From a bacterium (GTDB lineage Bacteria; DUMJ01): a DNA stretch of 59,804 nucleotides. This document shows positions 19,249-29,364 of the stretch, in pieces (the stretch's first letter is position 1; every line of letters starts with the position of its first letter). The stretch covers positions 1 to 59,804 of the forward strand of contig JBMFMV010000005.1 in the NCBI GenBank assembly GCA_049970495.1, given 5' to 3'. Position numbers and translations under genes: made by a program. The notes beneath the pieces are model-generated. The model had not been told where the DNA came from and did not search any database. It saw nothing but the letters and a program-made list of their open reading frames with translations.

Positions 19249-20595
19249 CTACCTGTAGTGTTCTCTCATCTCTTTATGATATGGTAGAGATAGTATTTCT
19301 TCTAGAAAAGCTCTTGCCTGTTTCTCACTCTTTGTCCAGGGGTCCATAAGGATAAGCTGAAGGAGTTTCTCTTTACTACCCTCTATATAAGCGGATAATT
19401 CCATCTCTACCGGTGCTACTCTTTCTCTCAGTATGAGACCAATGATTGACTTTGGTAACCCATTAACCTTTATCCCCTGAATTCCTTTCTTACTGACCAG
19501 CGCAGGTATCTCTACTTCAAAGTCCTGTGGAATCTCCTCTATGAACTTTCCAATGTTTGGTATATTTACTTGCAATATTCTTGGTATATCAAGGGCTATA
19601 GATTCTACAAGAGGGATAATAACTTCTCCAGAGCTCTTTGGTGGATAGACTTCGGTTAGCTTCACAGAACTATCTTTGGCTAACCTGTTCATTTCTTCTA
19701 TACGTTGTTTCCCATCCACAAAATATCCTTCATACCAAGTCTTAGGGTCTTCCTTCCATCTCTTTTCTGTCTCGTCATCTATGTGATACCACCAAGGCCA
19801 AGTCCCTCCACCAGGTGTTGCGGTATCTCCAATTGGATATAATCCAAATCTCTTATACACATCTACTGGCTTAGGTCCCATATGATCGCTGAATCCACAA
19901 GTCTTCCAATAGTCTTGTGCCTTTTCTTCAATCCATTTATCTAGCAATGGATAAGCATTCTCCCCTTTATAAGTAAAATGAGTAAGAAAGACAAAATGGT
20001 TTACACCAGGAATCTGAAAGCTTATGTACTCTTTCTCTAGACCAAGGACACTTGCTATATGGTATATACCAGTAAAACCGTGACAGAGTCCTACAAGCTT
20101 TATATCTTTATACTTTCTAGATAAGTAAGTTATACCTGCTAGAACTGGATTTGCAACCTGAATATACCAAGCTGACGGACATAATTCTTGCATATTATCT
20201 AATATAGATTCAAATAATTTAAACTGGTAAAAGTTTATCCAGAAAGCCTCATCATGGACTATATGAAAACTTCCGCCAAATCTATAACCGTACTTAAATG
20301 CTATAGACCAACCTTCTCTAAGTCTATCGTGACTAGCAGATAGAGCAGAGTTTATAACAAAGTCTGCACCTCTTAGAGACTCTCTTAGGTCTAGTGTTTT
20401 TTCTAAATTTAGTCTAACCCCAAGTTCTTCAGCATACCTCTTACATAGGGTATATACAGTATCTAGTCTCTTCTCATTTATATCCATAAAACTGATCGTA
20501 CTTCCCTCAAGACTTGGTGTGAGGCATATATCTCTAACAAGTCCAAGAGAAAAGACTGCACTTCCTGCACCTATAATACTTATTTTTATACTCAT
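19249..20595 (-). CDS. GH4 NAD+/Mn2+-dependent glycosidase (alpha-glucosidase/galactosidase/glucuronidase type)
   Basis: IIGAGSAVF, ANP, VGLCHG, GVNHF and PIGDT motifs. Confidence 0.92.
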   Translation of the reverse strand: MSIKISIIGAGSAVFSLGLVRDICLTPSLEGSTISFMDINEKRLDTVYTLCKRYAEELGVRLNLEKTLDLRESLRGADFVINSALSASHDRLREGWSIAFKYGYRFGGSFHIVHDEAFWINFYQFKLFESILDNMQELCPSAWYIQVANPVLAGITYLSRKYKDIKLVGLCHGFTGIYHIASVLGLEKEYISFQIPGVNHFVFLTHFTYKGENAYPLLDKWIEEKAQDYWKTCGFSDHMGPKPVDVYKRFGLYPIGDTATPGGGTWPWWYHIDDETEKRWKEDPKTWYEGYFVDGKQRIEEMNRLAKDSSVKLTEVYPPKSSGEVIIPLVESIALDIPRILQVNIPNIGKFIEEIPQDFEVEIPALVSKKGIQGIKVNGLPKSIIGLILRERVAPVEMELSAYIEGSKEKLLQLILMDPWTKSEKQARAFLEEILSLPYHKEMREHYR

Positions 20596-20608
20596 ATCTT
20601 TCCCTCCA

Positions 20609-21919
20609 TCACTCTACTGTTGTAATGGTAAATATACTCTTAGGTGGAACAGTAAAAAATATGCCATTATACGGGTAATTATGAGTTTTCATCCTAAGTT
20701 CCTCAACCTTCACACAATTTTCCTCTTCGCTAGTTCTATAGTAGGATAAAACCTTATCCTCTATCTCCCCCTCTATAGAACCGTTAAGATATAAACTCTC
20801 CGAGGAAAAGTTCATACCAACTATTGTTAATTCCTTCTTGTCATCATCTGTAAATGCCAAGATTCTTATTTTATCAGATCCTAAGATAGTTCTTACCTTT
20901 ACAAAACTAGGTCTAACAAATCTATATACCTGCTTAGCGGAGTAGTATCTTTTCTTCGGGGTAAAGACCCTCTGCCCTCTCCTTATTAGACCATATATAG
21001 TCCAGGCTTTATCATGATCATGATAGTTGTCGTAGGCATCCCAGTATATTGCTCCGTTAAATCCTCCCTCTAAGATATTAAAGAGTCTATAGGTAGTTAT
21101 CCATGCTACATACCATTCCATCTCTCCAGATTGGTCTAGATCTCCATACTCACCCATCCAGATGCTACATTTCTTACAGAGACTTTCCTTTACCGTATCA
21201 ACGAACCCTTTAAGGGTCTCTACTGGTATATTAGAGTACATATGCATAGATATTACACCAATCTTTTGAGAGATCTCTGGATCATTTATTAGGTGCTTTA
21301 TATAGTCAGTATTGAAGAATGCCTGCTCAGTTAAAACAAGTTTTATATCTCCTAGCCCATCTTCAAATCTATTAATTAGAGCCTTAATGATCTTAGCAAA
21401 TTCTCCAGAGTCTACCTTCGGACCTTCTGGAGGTCCTATGTCTGTCTCATTTAGAGGACCAAAGAGAGTAAACTTTATACCTTCTCTATTCTTTACCCAA
21501 TCTAAAAAAGAGTACATCATTTCTACAAAATAGTCATATCTAACTAAAGTCTTTCCATCACTAGTCATCCAAGAAGGGACTATTCCACTAGCGGTTATGT
21601 AAGGGCTTATCCCCCTTTCATTTAGGTATCTCATCATACCCCATCCATTCTCAAAATCTTTACTCTTATAGACCTTTTCATAGTTCTTTTGGTTTAGAGA
21701 AGATGGTCCTAATGTATCATCAGGATCTATCCAGTTAGATTTGCCATATACATCAATTCTAAAGAGCCTAGCTCCAAGATCATCGATTAAAAGATCTAAT
21801 ACTGGTTTTAGAGATCCATTTTCCCAGTATTTAGAATTTATATTTACACCAAAACCATCTATCTTCTGATATTTCTCAGATAGATCTATTTTGAAAGGGA
21901 TAACCTCTAAGGGTTTCAT
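20609..21919 (-). CDS. Clan-A glycoside hydrolase, GH30-like
   Basis: YQKIDGFG start, PLNE acid/base motif, WMGEYG nucleophile motif, RFVRP and C-terminal beta-sandwich; no signal peptide. Confidence 0.7.
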   Translation of the reverse strand: MKPLEVIPFKIDLSEKYQKIDGFGVNINSKYWENGSLKPVLDLLIDDLGARLFRIDVYGKSNWIDPDDTLGPSSLNQKNYEKVYKSKDFENGWGMMRYLNERGISPYITASGIVPSWMTSDGKTLVRYDYFVEMMYSFLDWVKNREGIKFTLFGPLNETDIGPPEGPKVDSGEFAKIIKALINRFEDGLGDIKLVLTEQAFFNTDYIKHLINDPEISQKIGVISMHMYSNIPVETLKGFVDTVKESLCKKCSIWMGEYGDLDQSGEMEWYVAWITTYRLFNILEGGFNGAIYWDAYDNYHDHDKAWTIYGLIRRGQRVFTPKKRYYSAKQVYRFVRPSFVKVRTILGSDKIRILAFTDDDKKELTIVGMNFSSESLYLNGSIEGEIEDKVLSYYRTSEEENCVKVEELRMKTHNYPYNGIFFTVPPKSIFTITTVE

Positions 21920-21936
21920 AATAACCTCCCATTACT

Positions 21937-23061
21937 TTAATATTTGTAAGGGTCCATAGCATCTCTTAAACCATCCCCCATAAAATTGAAGGCAACAACA
22001 GTAATTATCACAAAGAAGCTTGGAATGAGTAACCAAGGGTGCAATACTAGTGTTCTGAAATTTTGTGCTTGTTGTAGGAGAACCCCCCAGCTAACTACCG
22101 GAGGACGAAGTCCTAAGCCTAAAAAGCTTAGAGCAGTTTCTCCTAAAATCATACCTGGTATAGACATAGTAATACTAACTATTAGTAAACTGGCTGTAGA
22201 GGGAAGGATATGCCTTAGTATTATTCTTGATTCACTAGCTCCAGCAAGTCTAGCAGCAGTAACAAAATCCTCTTCCCTTAACTCTAAAACTTTTCCTCTA
22301 ACGGTTCTTGCAGTTCCACACCAACCAAAAAGTGAGAGTATTATAGTAATGCCAAAGTATACTTTAACTGCAGACCAGTCTGGAGGCAGAGCAGCTGCTA
22401 AAGCCATCCAAAGAGGCAAAGTAGGTAAAGAGATAAGAAAATCTATAATTCTTTGAATAGCCATATCTACTGTTCCACTATAATATCCGGATATTCCTCC
22501 TAGTATAACACCTAAAGTGAATGATAGAAAAACTCCAATAAGTCCTACAGATAAAGAGATTCTAGAGGCCATAATGATTCTAGAGTAGAGATCTCTTCCA
22601 AGATTATCTGTTCCAAATGGAAAGAGAATATTAGGTTCGTCTATACCAAATAGATGTATGTCCGATTCAAATATACCCCAAAGCCTATACTTATTTCCTC
22701 GAACGAACAATCTTATAGGATATCTCTTTGTCTTATCCTCTGTGTAGACCTTCTCCCAAGTAATCGGGTCTCTCTCAAATTTTAAACCGTAGACAAATGG
22801 GACTAGATGAAATCTTCCATTTTCATCTACAAAATGTATCTTAGTTGGAGGTAAGAATACTCGATCTTTATCCTCTTTGAACGGGTCTTGAGTACAGAAA
22901 AACTCTGCAAATATGGCTATTGTATATAAAATACAGAGTATAATCATTCCTAAAACAGCCAACTTATGTTTTTTAAACCTCCACCATATAAGTTCCCACT
23001 GACTAGCGGTATATATATCTTCACCTGTTTTATTAATTCTTCTTTTCCACATAGATATCAC
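21937..23061 (-). CDS. Opp/Dpp-type ABC permease (DppC-like, oligosaccharide type)
   Basis: GTDNLGRDLYSRI, EAA loop, ETALSFLGLG, GDGLRDA.DP. Confidence 0.92.
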   Translation of the reverse strand: MISMWKRRINKTGEDIYTASQWELIWWRFKKHKLAVLGMIILCILYTIAIFAEFFCTQDPFKEDKDRVFLPPTKIHFVDENGRFHLVPFVYGLKFERDPITWEKVYTEDKTKRYPIRLFVRGNKYRLWGIFESDIHLFGIDEPNILFPFGTDNLGRDLYSRIIMASRISLSVGLIGVFLSFTLGVILGGISGYYSGTVDMAIQRIIDFLISLPTLPLWMALAAALPPDWSAVKVYFGITIILSLFGWCGTARTVRGKVLELREEDFVTAARLAGASESRIILRHILPSTASLLIVSITMSIPGMILGETALSFLGLGLRPPVVSWGVLLQQAQNFRTLVLHPWLLIPSFFVIITVVAFNFMGDGLRDAMDPYKY

Positions 23062-23064
23062 CTA

Positions 23065-24060
23065 CTATCCATACCTTATCCTTGGGTCTAATATAGCAAG
23101 GAGCATATCAGAGATGAATGTTCCAAATACTGTCATACCAGCAAGTAATAAAACGATGCTACCTCCTAGATACATATCCTGAGTTATAAGACTCTGAAGT
23201 AGAAGGGGGCCTAGGGTAGGAAGATTTAGGACTATACCTACGATACTCTCCGAAGATATTACCCAAGGGATATCCCATCCTATTGTACTTACTACAGGAT
23301 TTAGAGCTATCCTTACCGGATACTTCCAAAGTAATTTCTTCTCTGGAACGCCCTTAGCTCTGGCAGTAATTACATACTGTTTTCTTAACTCGTCCAATAG
23401 ACAGCCTCTTAATACCCTTATTACTGAGGCAGTGCTAGATATAGCCACTATCACTATAGGTATCCAGAGGTGTTTAACCATATCTAAAAACTTGCCTATA
23501 CTCCAAGGTGCAGTGGCGTACTGAGGTGAGAAGATACTGCCGATATTCAGGTTAAAGTATCTATAAGCTAGAAACATTAATATGAGAGCTAGAAGGAATT
23601 GCGGTATCGACATACCTAAAAAACTTATCCCAGAAAATACAAAATCTCCAATAGAGTACTGATGAGTTGCAGAGTATATCCCTACAGGAATAGATACTAG
23701 GTATATAAATATGACACTTAAAAGAGCGATACTAAGGGTAATTGGTAATCTCTCTAAAATGAGATCTTTTACAGGTTTTCTCCAGGCCAGAGATTGTCCA
23801 AGATCTCCATAAAAGACTATACGTTCCATCCATCTTAAATAACGTATATATTCAGGTTGGTCTAGTCCATATAGCCTTCTGAGTTGAGCCTCATAGGCTA
23901 CCCTGTCTGCAGGACCCCTTCCGCTCTGCACCAACCTATTTACATATGTAGTTACAAAATCTCCAGGTGGTAGTTCAATAATGATAAATGTTAGAAGAGA
24001 TATTATCCAGAGTGTAATAACCATATAAAGGAGTCTTCTTATAATGTAACTTAGAAACAT
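23065..24060 (-). CDS. Opp/Dpp-type ABC permease (DppB-like)
   Basis: YIIRRLL, LPPGDF, TARAKG and LDPRIRY motifs. Confidence 0.92.
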   Translation of the reverse strand: MFLSYIIRRLLYMVITLWIISLLTFIIIELPPGDFVTTYVNRLVQSGRGPADRVAYEAQLRRLYGLDQPEYIRYLRWMERIVFYGDLGQSLAWRKPVKDLILERLPITLSIALLSVIFIYLVSIPVGIYSATHQYSIGDFVFSGISFLGMSIPQFLLALILMFLAYRYFNLNIGSIFSPQYATAPWSIGKFLDMVKHLWIPIVIVAISSTASVIRVLRGCLLDELRKQYVITARAKGVPEKKLLWKYPVRIALNPVVSTIGWDIPWVISSESIVGIVLNLPTLGPLLLQSLITQDMYLGGSIVLLLAGMTVFGTFISDMLLAILDPRIRYG

Positions 24061-24087
24061 AGCGTTCCTCCTCCAGGATTATAAGAA

Positions 24088-24109
24088 GGGGGCTCCAGTA
24101 CGAGCCCCC
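24088..24109 (-). terminator. Stem-loop between the binding-protein and permease genes (partial terminator or mRNA stabiliser)
   Basis: GGGGGCTC-6 nt-GAGCCCCC. Confidence 0.7.
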
Positions 24110-24116
24110 AGGGAGA

Positions 24117-26207
24117 CTACTTCTGCCAATCAAAGAGTGGAGGTTCAAGATATATGGCTTCTGTATAGTAGTAATCGATCCAAGCGGTTCCAGCTATACC
24201 TCCTCCAAGTCCGGTTGGTGGAAAGTTTCTTATATTCTTCCTTATAACAATAGGACCTGGGACCATCCCCACAAGACCAATAGTTAATAGTTGTTCAGTG
24301 CTCCATCTAAATATCTCTTTACCTAGTCGAGCCATATCAGAGAATGACTTGGCGACTTCGAGTTGTTCCCACTTCTTAGTGACTTTTAGTATATCCTCTG
24401 GTGGTTTCTCTCCAATCTTACCGTCAGTTAAATACCACTTTACCCATAGAGGACCCCAGGCGCCATCGCTCCAGTCGTGATAGAGGACATAATGGTTAGG
24501 AGCCATAAAGAGATTATCATCTGTGCAAGCAGCTCCACCTCCTAGGGATAACTGATGAAGATTCCCTATAACTCTCTGATCCCAGAGCTCCCAGCTAGAA
24601 CTCTTTATAGTTACATCTAGGCCTATAGCCTTCCAGTATTTGACTAAAAGTTCTGCTGTGGCAGAAACATCGTAACCTTCCGCAGTACCTGCAGCAATAT
24701 CAAGTATTAAAGATAGTTTCTTACCATCTGGCCTTAGTCTAAATCCATCTGGTCCCTTCTTTAGACCCATACTGTCTAAGAGTTTATTCGCCTTAGCAGG
24801 ATCGTACTGAGTATATGTCTTTTCTAACCCCTTAGTGTAGAACATAGAGATAGGTAAGACAGTACTTGCAGTTGGAGTTCCTTTTCCGAAGAAGAGTATG
24901 TCATTCATCTCATTCCTATTAATAGCAAGAGATAAAGCAATCCTGAATCTCTTATCCTGGAATATCTTTCTTAGGGTCAAGTCATCCTTGTATGTCTGAT
25001 TTACAGATACACATAATCCCCCAGCCCTATTTGCATATGGATAAATAAGAACTTTGTACTGACCCTTTTCTGCATTTTTGGCTAGGGCAGGATAGTTTGC
25101 AGTAGCTATTCCAGGGGCAAAATCGAGTTCCCCTGCTATTGCCATACTCTCGTAGACTTCACTACTAGAGACTACCTTTATAATGATTCTATCTAGATAT
25201 GGTAACTGCTTTCCCTCGGTGTCTATCTTCCAATAGTAAGGATTCCTCTCTAAGACTATCTGAGTCTGTGATCTCTCCTTAAGTATATAAGGAGAGAGCG
25301 TCGGCATCTCGCATACACCACCCCACCCATGCCTAGCCTTTTCTCCAAAGAGTTCGTACCAGAATTTAAATCCTGCTTTTTTTACCATCTCGTCTAGTTT
25401 CTTGGGATCTGTATACTTGGGATGGAATTGCCTTAGATAATGCTTAGGATATTGACACATCTCTTCAGGACCCCAGGTAGCGAGTTTATAAAGTATAGCT
25501 GGATTTGGCGCAGCAAACTCTATTCGAACAGTATAGTCATCAACCTTCTTAAACTTCCACACCTGTCCCCCTAATATCCATCTCCTATCTATCGTCGGTG
25601 TAAGATCTTTGTTTAGAAGTATATCTTCATACCAGAACATTATGTCATCTGCAGTGAATGGTTCTCCATCTGACCATTTTAGACCTTTTCTTAGATATAG
25701 CGTTATAGACTTTAGGTCCCTAGATATATCCCAATTCTTTATTACATTTGGAACATTTGGTCTAGGACGTGCCTCTTCTAGAGTTAGTCCCACATTTGGT
25801 CTTAAAGGTGCCTCCATGTTGTTTATATGTAAGGCATAACCCTGCGAATCTGAAGCAGAAGAAGCGGTAGTTACAGCTCCTCCGTAGACACCAGATTTTT
25901 CAAAGGGGTTTACAACTAAGGGTTCTTCAGGAAGTCTCTTTTCTACTGGAGGAAGTTTTCCCTGTTTTACAAGTTCTGCTAACATAGGAGATTCTTGATA
26001 CTTACTTATCTTCTTTCCTGTAAGTTCTGTGTACTCTTGGGGTGTATTATAGATCCATCTATGGGTCTTGGCCTTTACATACTCTTCATCACTGGCAGGA
26101 ACCCAGGTATAGGGATAACTCTTTTTAGCCTGGGCAAAGGCACTAACCTGCCATAAACTAGTTAACAAGATACTCAATACCACTAATAATGATGCTAACT
26201 TCCTCAT
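24117..26207 (-). CDS. ABC family-5 substrate-binding protein (oligosaccharide-binding type)
   Basis: Signal peptide AFA|Q; ESPMLAELVKQGKLPPVEKRLP, LRKGLKWSDGEPFTADD and RNPYYWK.D.EG.QLPY motifs. Confidence 0.92.
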   Translation of the reverse strand: MRKLASLLVVLSILLTSLWQVSAFAQAKKSYPYTWVPASDEEYVKAKTHRWIYNTPQEYTELTGKKISKYQESPMLAELVKQGKLPPVEKRLPEEPLVVNPFEKSGVYGGAVTTASSASDSQGYALHINNMEAPLRPNVGLTLEEARPRPNVPNVIKNWDISRDLKSITLYLRKGLKWSDGEPFTADDIMFWYEDILLNKDLTPTIDRRWILGGQVWKFKKVDDYTVRIEFAAPNPAILYKLATWGPEEMCQYPKHYLRQFHPKYTDPKKLDEMVKKAGFKFWYELFGEKARHGWGGVCEMPTLSPYILKERSQTQIVLERNPYYWKIDTEGKQLPYLDRIIIKVVSSSEVYESMAIAGELDFAPGIATANYPALAKNAEKGQYKVLIYPYANRAGGLCVSVNQTYKDDLTLRKIFQDKRFRIALSLAINRNEMNDILFFGKGTPTASTVLPISMFYTKGLEKTYTQYDPAKANKLLDSMGLKKGPDGFRLRPDGKKLSLILDIAAGTAEGYDVSATAELLVKYWKAIGLDVTIKSSSWELWDQRVIGNLHQLSLGGGAACTDDNLFMAPNHYVLYHDWSDGAWGPLWVKWYLTDGKIGEKPPEDILKVTKKWEQLEVAKSFSDMARLGKEIFRWSTEQLLTIGLVGMVPGPIVIRKNIRNFPPTGLGGGIAGTAWIDYYYTEAIYLEPPLFDWQK

Positions 26208-26238
26208 AATAATTCCCTCCTCTTCTATAAATTTTCAA

Positions 26239-27582
26239 TTAAACTAATTCAATATTAAGGACCTTACAGAGATCACGGATCTCTTCTTTATGGTCCCCGT
26301 AAATTACAAAGTAATGCTGAGAAGCAATCTTCTGGGCAAATTCTTCTACTGGAACATCTAGTTTGATTTCAAGGCTTGGGAAAAATGGAGCAGGGGCTTC
26401 CCAGCCAAGTTCTTCCCATCTTCTCGGAGGTAACCCCTCACCGGTTACTATATGGAGTTTGTAGTTATCCCCTTTTGAGAATAGCCTAACTAAAGTTAAA
26501 GGGCCTGTCTTCATTCTTGACACATTCATAGCTCCCTCTGATAGTCCTCCCCATCCAGCATACCTAGCAACACAAACTTTACCCTCTGTAGCCCCAGGCG
26601 GAACGAAACCGCAGATACCTACCAAGATCCTATCTTTCATAAACTCATACATCTCTACATAAGGGGCGGATTGGCCAGTGAGATAGTGTATCATAAGCTG
26701 GGTAACTGCACCCAAGGCATCATCCTCACATATAACAGGTAGTTCTTCTGATAACATCGTAAGTATCATACAGGGCGGAAAATTCATATATTTTTTCATA
26801 CCTTCGACGCATTTTATAGAGATAGCGTTATAAGATCCTTCTTTTATCCTTTCTTTGATTGCTAAATATATTCTGATAGCATTTACGAGAGCCTCTTCTC
26901 GAACATCTGGATTAATATTCCAAAACTTTTTCTTCTCTTCAAGAAGATCTTGGACATCTCTATGAGAGACCTTCTCCATTTTTTGGACTATCTCAAGCAT
27001 ATCGAATACCTCTATCTCAGGTCCTATCTTTGCTCTCAGAGACATTCCGTCAAACATACAGACGTAGAGGCCCATATCTGCATATCCCATCATACCAACC
27101 TTAGAATGTCTCAACTTTTTGATCGTTTTAGCAACCTTAGAAAAGGTAAGGACCTTATCTATAGACATCGGCGAATCAGGGAAATCATATATGTACTTAA
27201 ATTTGTAACCCATAGCCTCTAATGTCCATCTTAATCCACTAGTTCCAGCCTGGGAGGCTGGCGAAACTAAAGAGCCGTCTTGGGTATATCCACCTAATCC
27301 CCAAAGAAGTATCGGTTTATCTCTGAACTCATCAGTAACTCTTATAACTATAGGGGATTCGATCCAGCTAGCTATACAGAGGATTAAGAAATCGAAGTCT
27401 TCTTTCTTTAAATCTCCTATAGCTCTATCCGCTTCTTCGAACGTTCCTACAGGAGGAGTATAGACTAACTCTAATCCGGCTCTTTCTAATTCTTCTCTAG
27501 CTTTTTCCGATCTTTTCTCTATCACTTCCCTAGGATATGACACACAACCAAAACCTACAAAACCCGCCTTTACCCTATCCAT
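26239..27582 (-). CDS. L-fucose/L-arabinose isomerase-family protein
   Basis: KVGMMG, AISIKC, CEDD..GA, TLVRL and QH....YGD motifs of the FucI/AraA-like family. Confidence 0.75.
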   Translation of the reverse strand: MDRVKAGFVGFGCVSYPREVIEKRSEKAREELERAGLELVYTPPVGTFEEADRAIGDLKKEDFDFLILCIASWIESPIVIRVTDEFRDKPILLWGLGGYTQDGSLVSPASQAGTSGLRWTLEAMGYKFKYIYDFPDSPMSIDKVLTFSKVAKTIKKLRHSKVGMMGYADMGLYVCMFDGMSLRAKIGPEIEVFDMLEIVQKMEKVSHRDVQDLLEEKKKFWNINPDVREEALVNAIRIYLAIKERIKEGSYNAISIKCVEGMKKYMNFPPCMILTMLSEELPVICEDDALGAVTQLMIHYLTGQSAPYVEMYEFMKDRILVGICGFVPPGATEGKVCVARYAGWGGLSEGAMNVSRMKTGPLTLVRLFSKGDNYKLHIVTGEGLPPRRWEELGWEAPAPFFPSLEIKLDVPVEEFAQKIASQHYFVIYGDHKEEIRDLCKVLNIELV

Positions 27583-27591
27583 AGAGACCTC

Positions 27592-28413
27592 CTATTTTAG
27601 TTCCTTCATCGCGGACTCTACTGAGGCATCATCATGGACTATCTTACATATAGCTCTAAGGATAGGTACGGGGTCTTTCGCTTCCCATATATTACGTCCC
27701 ATAGAGACTCCACCTGCTCCACAATCCATAGCCTCCCTGATGAATTTTAAAAGTACTTCTGGATCATCTGAGGCTGGACCACTAAGGACTAAGTATGGAA
27801 CAGGACAATATTTCACTACTTCTTTGAATGATTCAGGATCACCAGTATAGTATCCCTTTACGATATCTGCCCCTACTTCAGCTGCTACCCTGGCAGAAAA
27901 TTTTATAACTTCAGGATCCTTTGGCCATTCCCTTTCAGCCTTTGTCTCAAACTGATGGATTAATATATCTGGAGGTATCATCTCTATCATAAGGGGCATC
28001 CCCCACAGATCGCATAATTCACTTGTCTTGCCATTCTTTTCGGTAAGCTCTGCCTCTCTAGGCACACCTATAACCCCAAAGGTAGCTACTGCATCTGCAC
28101 CAAATCTAAGAGCTTGCTCTACTGAGGAGATTAAATGATCGTTAGTTAGGTCTGGTCCTATCGATGTAGCGGTTCCATCTATCCTTAGCATAAATGAAAT
28201 ATTTCCTGCGACCTCTTTATATACCTGCTTAGCTATCCCAGGGGTAATTAGAACAGCATCTGCGCCTCCCTCTATTGCTATCTTTACTATCCTCTTTGGG
28301 TCTTCTAGACCCTTCATAGGCTTGATACATATTCCATGGTCAAGAGTAACTAAAACAAGCCTTTTAGTTTTTGAATTGAATAATCTTGCCAGCCTAATTT
28401 CTTTGCCTATCAT
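27592..28413 (-). CDS. Class I aldolase (DhnA/LsrF/ADH-synthase family)
   Basis: LDHG, GADAV, R.AAE.GADIVK (Schiff-base Lys) and GRNIW motifs. Confidence 0.88.
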   Translation of the reverse strand: MIGKEIRLARLFNSKTKRLVLVTLDHGICIKPMKGLEDPKRIVKIAIEGGADAVLITPGIAKQVYKEVAGNISFMLRIDGTATSIGPDLTNDHLISSVEQALRFGADAVATFGVIGVPREAELTEKNGKTSELCDLWGMPLMIEMIPPDILIHQFETKAEREWPKDPEVIKFSARVAAEVGADIVKGYYTGDPESFKEVVKYCPVPYLVLSGPASDDPEVLLKFIREAMDCGAGGVSMGRNIWEAKDPVPILRAICKIVHDDASVESAMKELK

Positions 28414-28438
28414 AAAATATACCTCCTAACTTAAAATT

Positions 28439-29215
28439 TTATGTCAAGATGACTTCTATTCCCTTTTCCTTTAGAATAAGGACTTTTTCAGGTTCTAATT
28501 CTTTATTTGTCACTAATATATCTATCTTTTCTATCGGAGCAATAGGGACTACGCCTCTAGTTCCTATCTTTGTATAATCTGCTGCAACTATTACTGTTTC
28601 TGCATTTTCAGCTACAAGTTTTGTAACTCCGGCATTTTCTGGATCATGCGAAGTAACTCCTTCTTCAAAAGAGAAACCATCAGCACCAATAATGGCTTTA
28701 TCTACTCTGTACCTACTTATATACTCTTCTGCAATTGAGCCCACAAAGCATTGCTCGTTGAATTGATATACTCCACCTATGCCAATAATCTTTATATATG
28801 GGGATCTTTCTAGCTCTTTAATAACCGGAATTGAGTTTGTTATTACCATTATTCCTTTTAATGTTTTTAATTCCTTTGCTACATAGACAAGAGTAGAACC
28901 AGTGTCTAAAAAGAGGGTATCCCCTTCTTTTACTAAACCCGCTACTCCTTTAGCTATTCTCTTTTTTTCAGAGACATTTATTGTCATTTTCTTTTCGAGA
29001 CTTGGTATTGGAAAATCCTTTTTTATCAACTGAACATATCCATAATCCCTTTCTACTGTTCCTTGAGCTTCTAGAATCCGTAGGTCACGTCTTATGGAGG
29101 CTGGAGATACTCCTTTAAAAGTGTTTATTAATTCATTAACAGATATTTTGCCCTTTCTTTCCAGTATTTCTAACAGTTTTTCTCTTCTTTCTACTGAATT
29201 AACTATCCTTCTCAT
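28439..29215 (-). CDS. DeoR/GlpR-family transcriptional regulator
   Basis: SIRRDL HTH, FLDTGST, VITNS and AD.TK motifs; probable start 29215. Confidence 0.93.
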   Translation of the reverse strand: MRRIVNSVERREKLLEILERKGKISVNELINTFKGVSPASIRRDLRILEAQGTVERDYGYVQLIKKDFPIPSLEKKMTINVSEKKRIAKGVAGLVKEGDTLFLDTGSTLVYVAKELKTLKGIMVITNSIPVIKELERSPYIKIIGIGGVYQFNEQCFVGSIAEEYISRYRVDKAIIGADGFSFEEGVTSHDPENAGVTKLVAENAETVIVAADYTKIGTRGVVPIAPIEKIDILVTNKELEPEKVLILKEKGIEVILT

Positions 29216-29253
29216 CTCTAATACCTTTATATTAGTTAGTGTCTTTTGAATAA

Positions 29254-29282
29254 AATATAACATAATATTTCCTAAATGTCAA
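29254..29282 (-). promoter_or_regulatory. sigma70 promoter of the DeoR-led operon
   Basis: TTGACA-17 nt-TATATT with TG extension. Confidence 0.75.
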
Positions 29283-29324
29283 TATATTGTGAATTAAATT
29301 TACATTAAATGTTAACCTAAAGAT

Positions 29325-29364
29325 AAAAAAATAAAAGGTGGACAGCTGTCCACCCTTATTTTTT
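29325..29364. terminator. Rho-independent terminator
   Basis: GGTGGAC-AGCT-GTCCACC flanked by A and T tracts. Confidence 0.85.
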
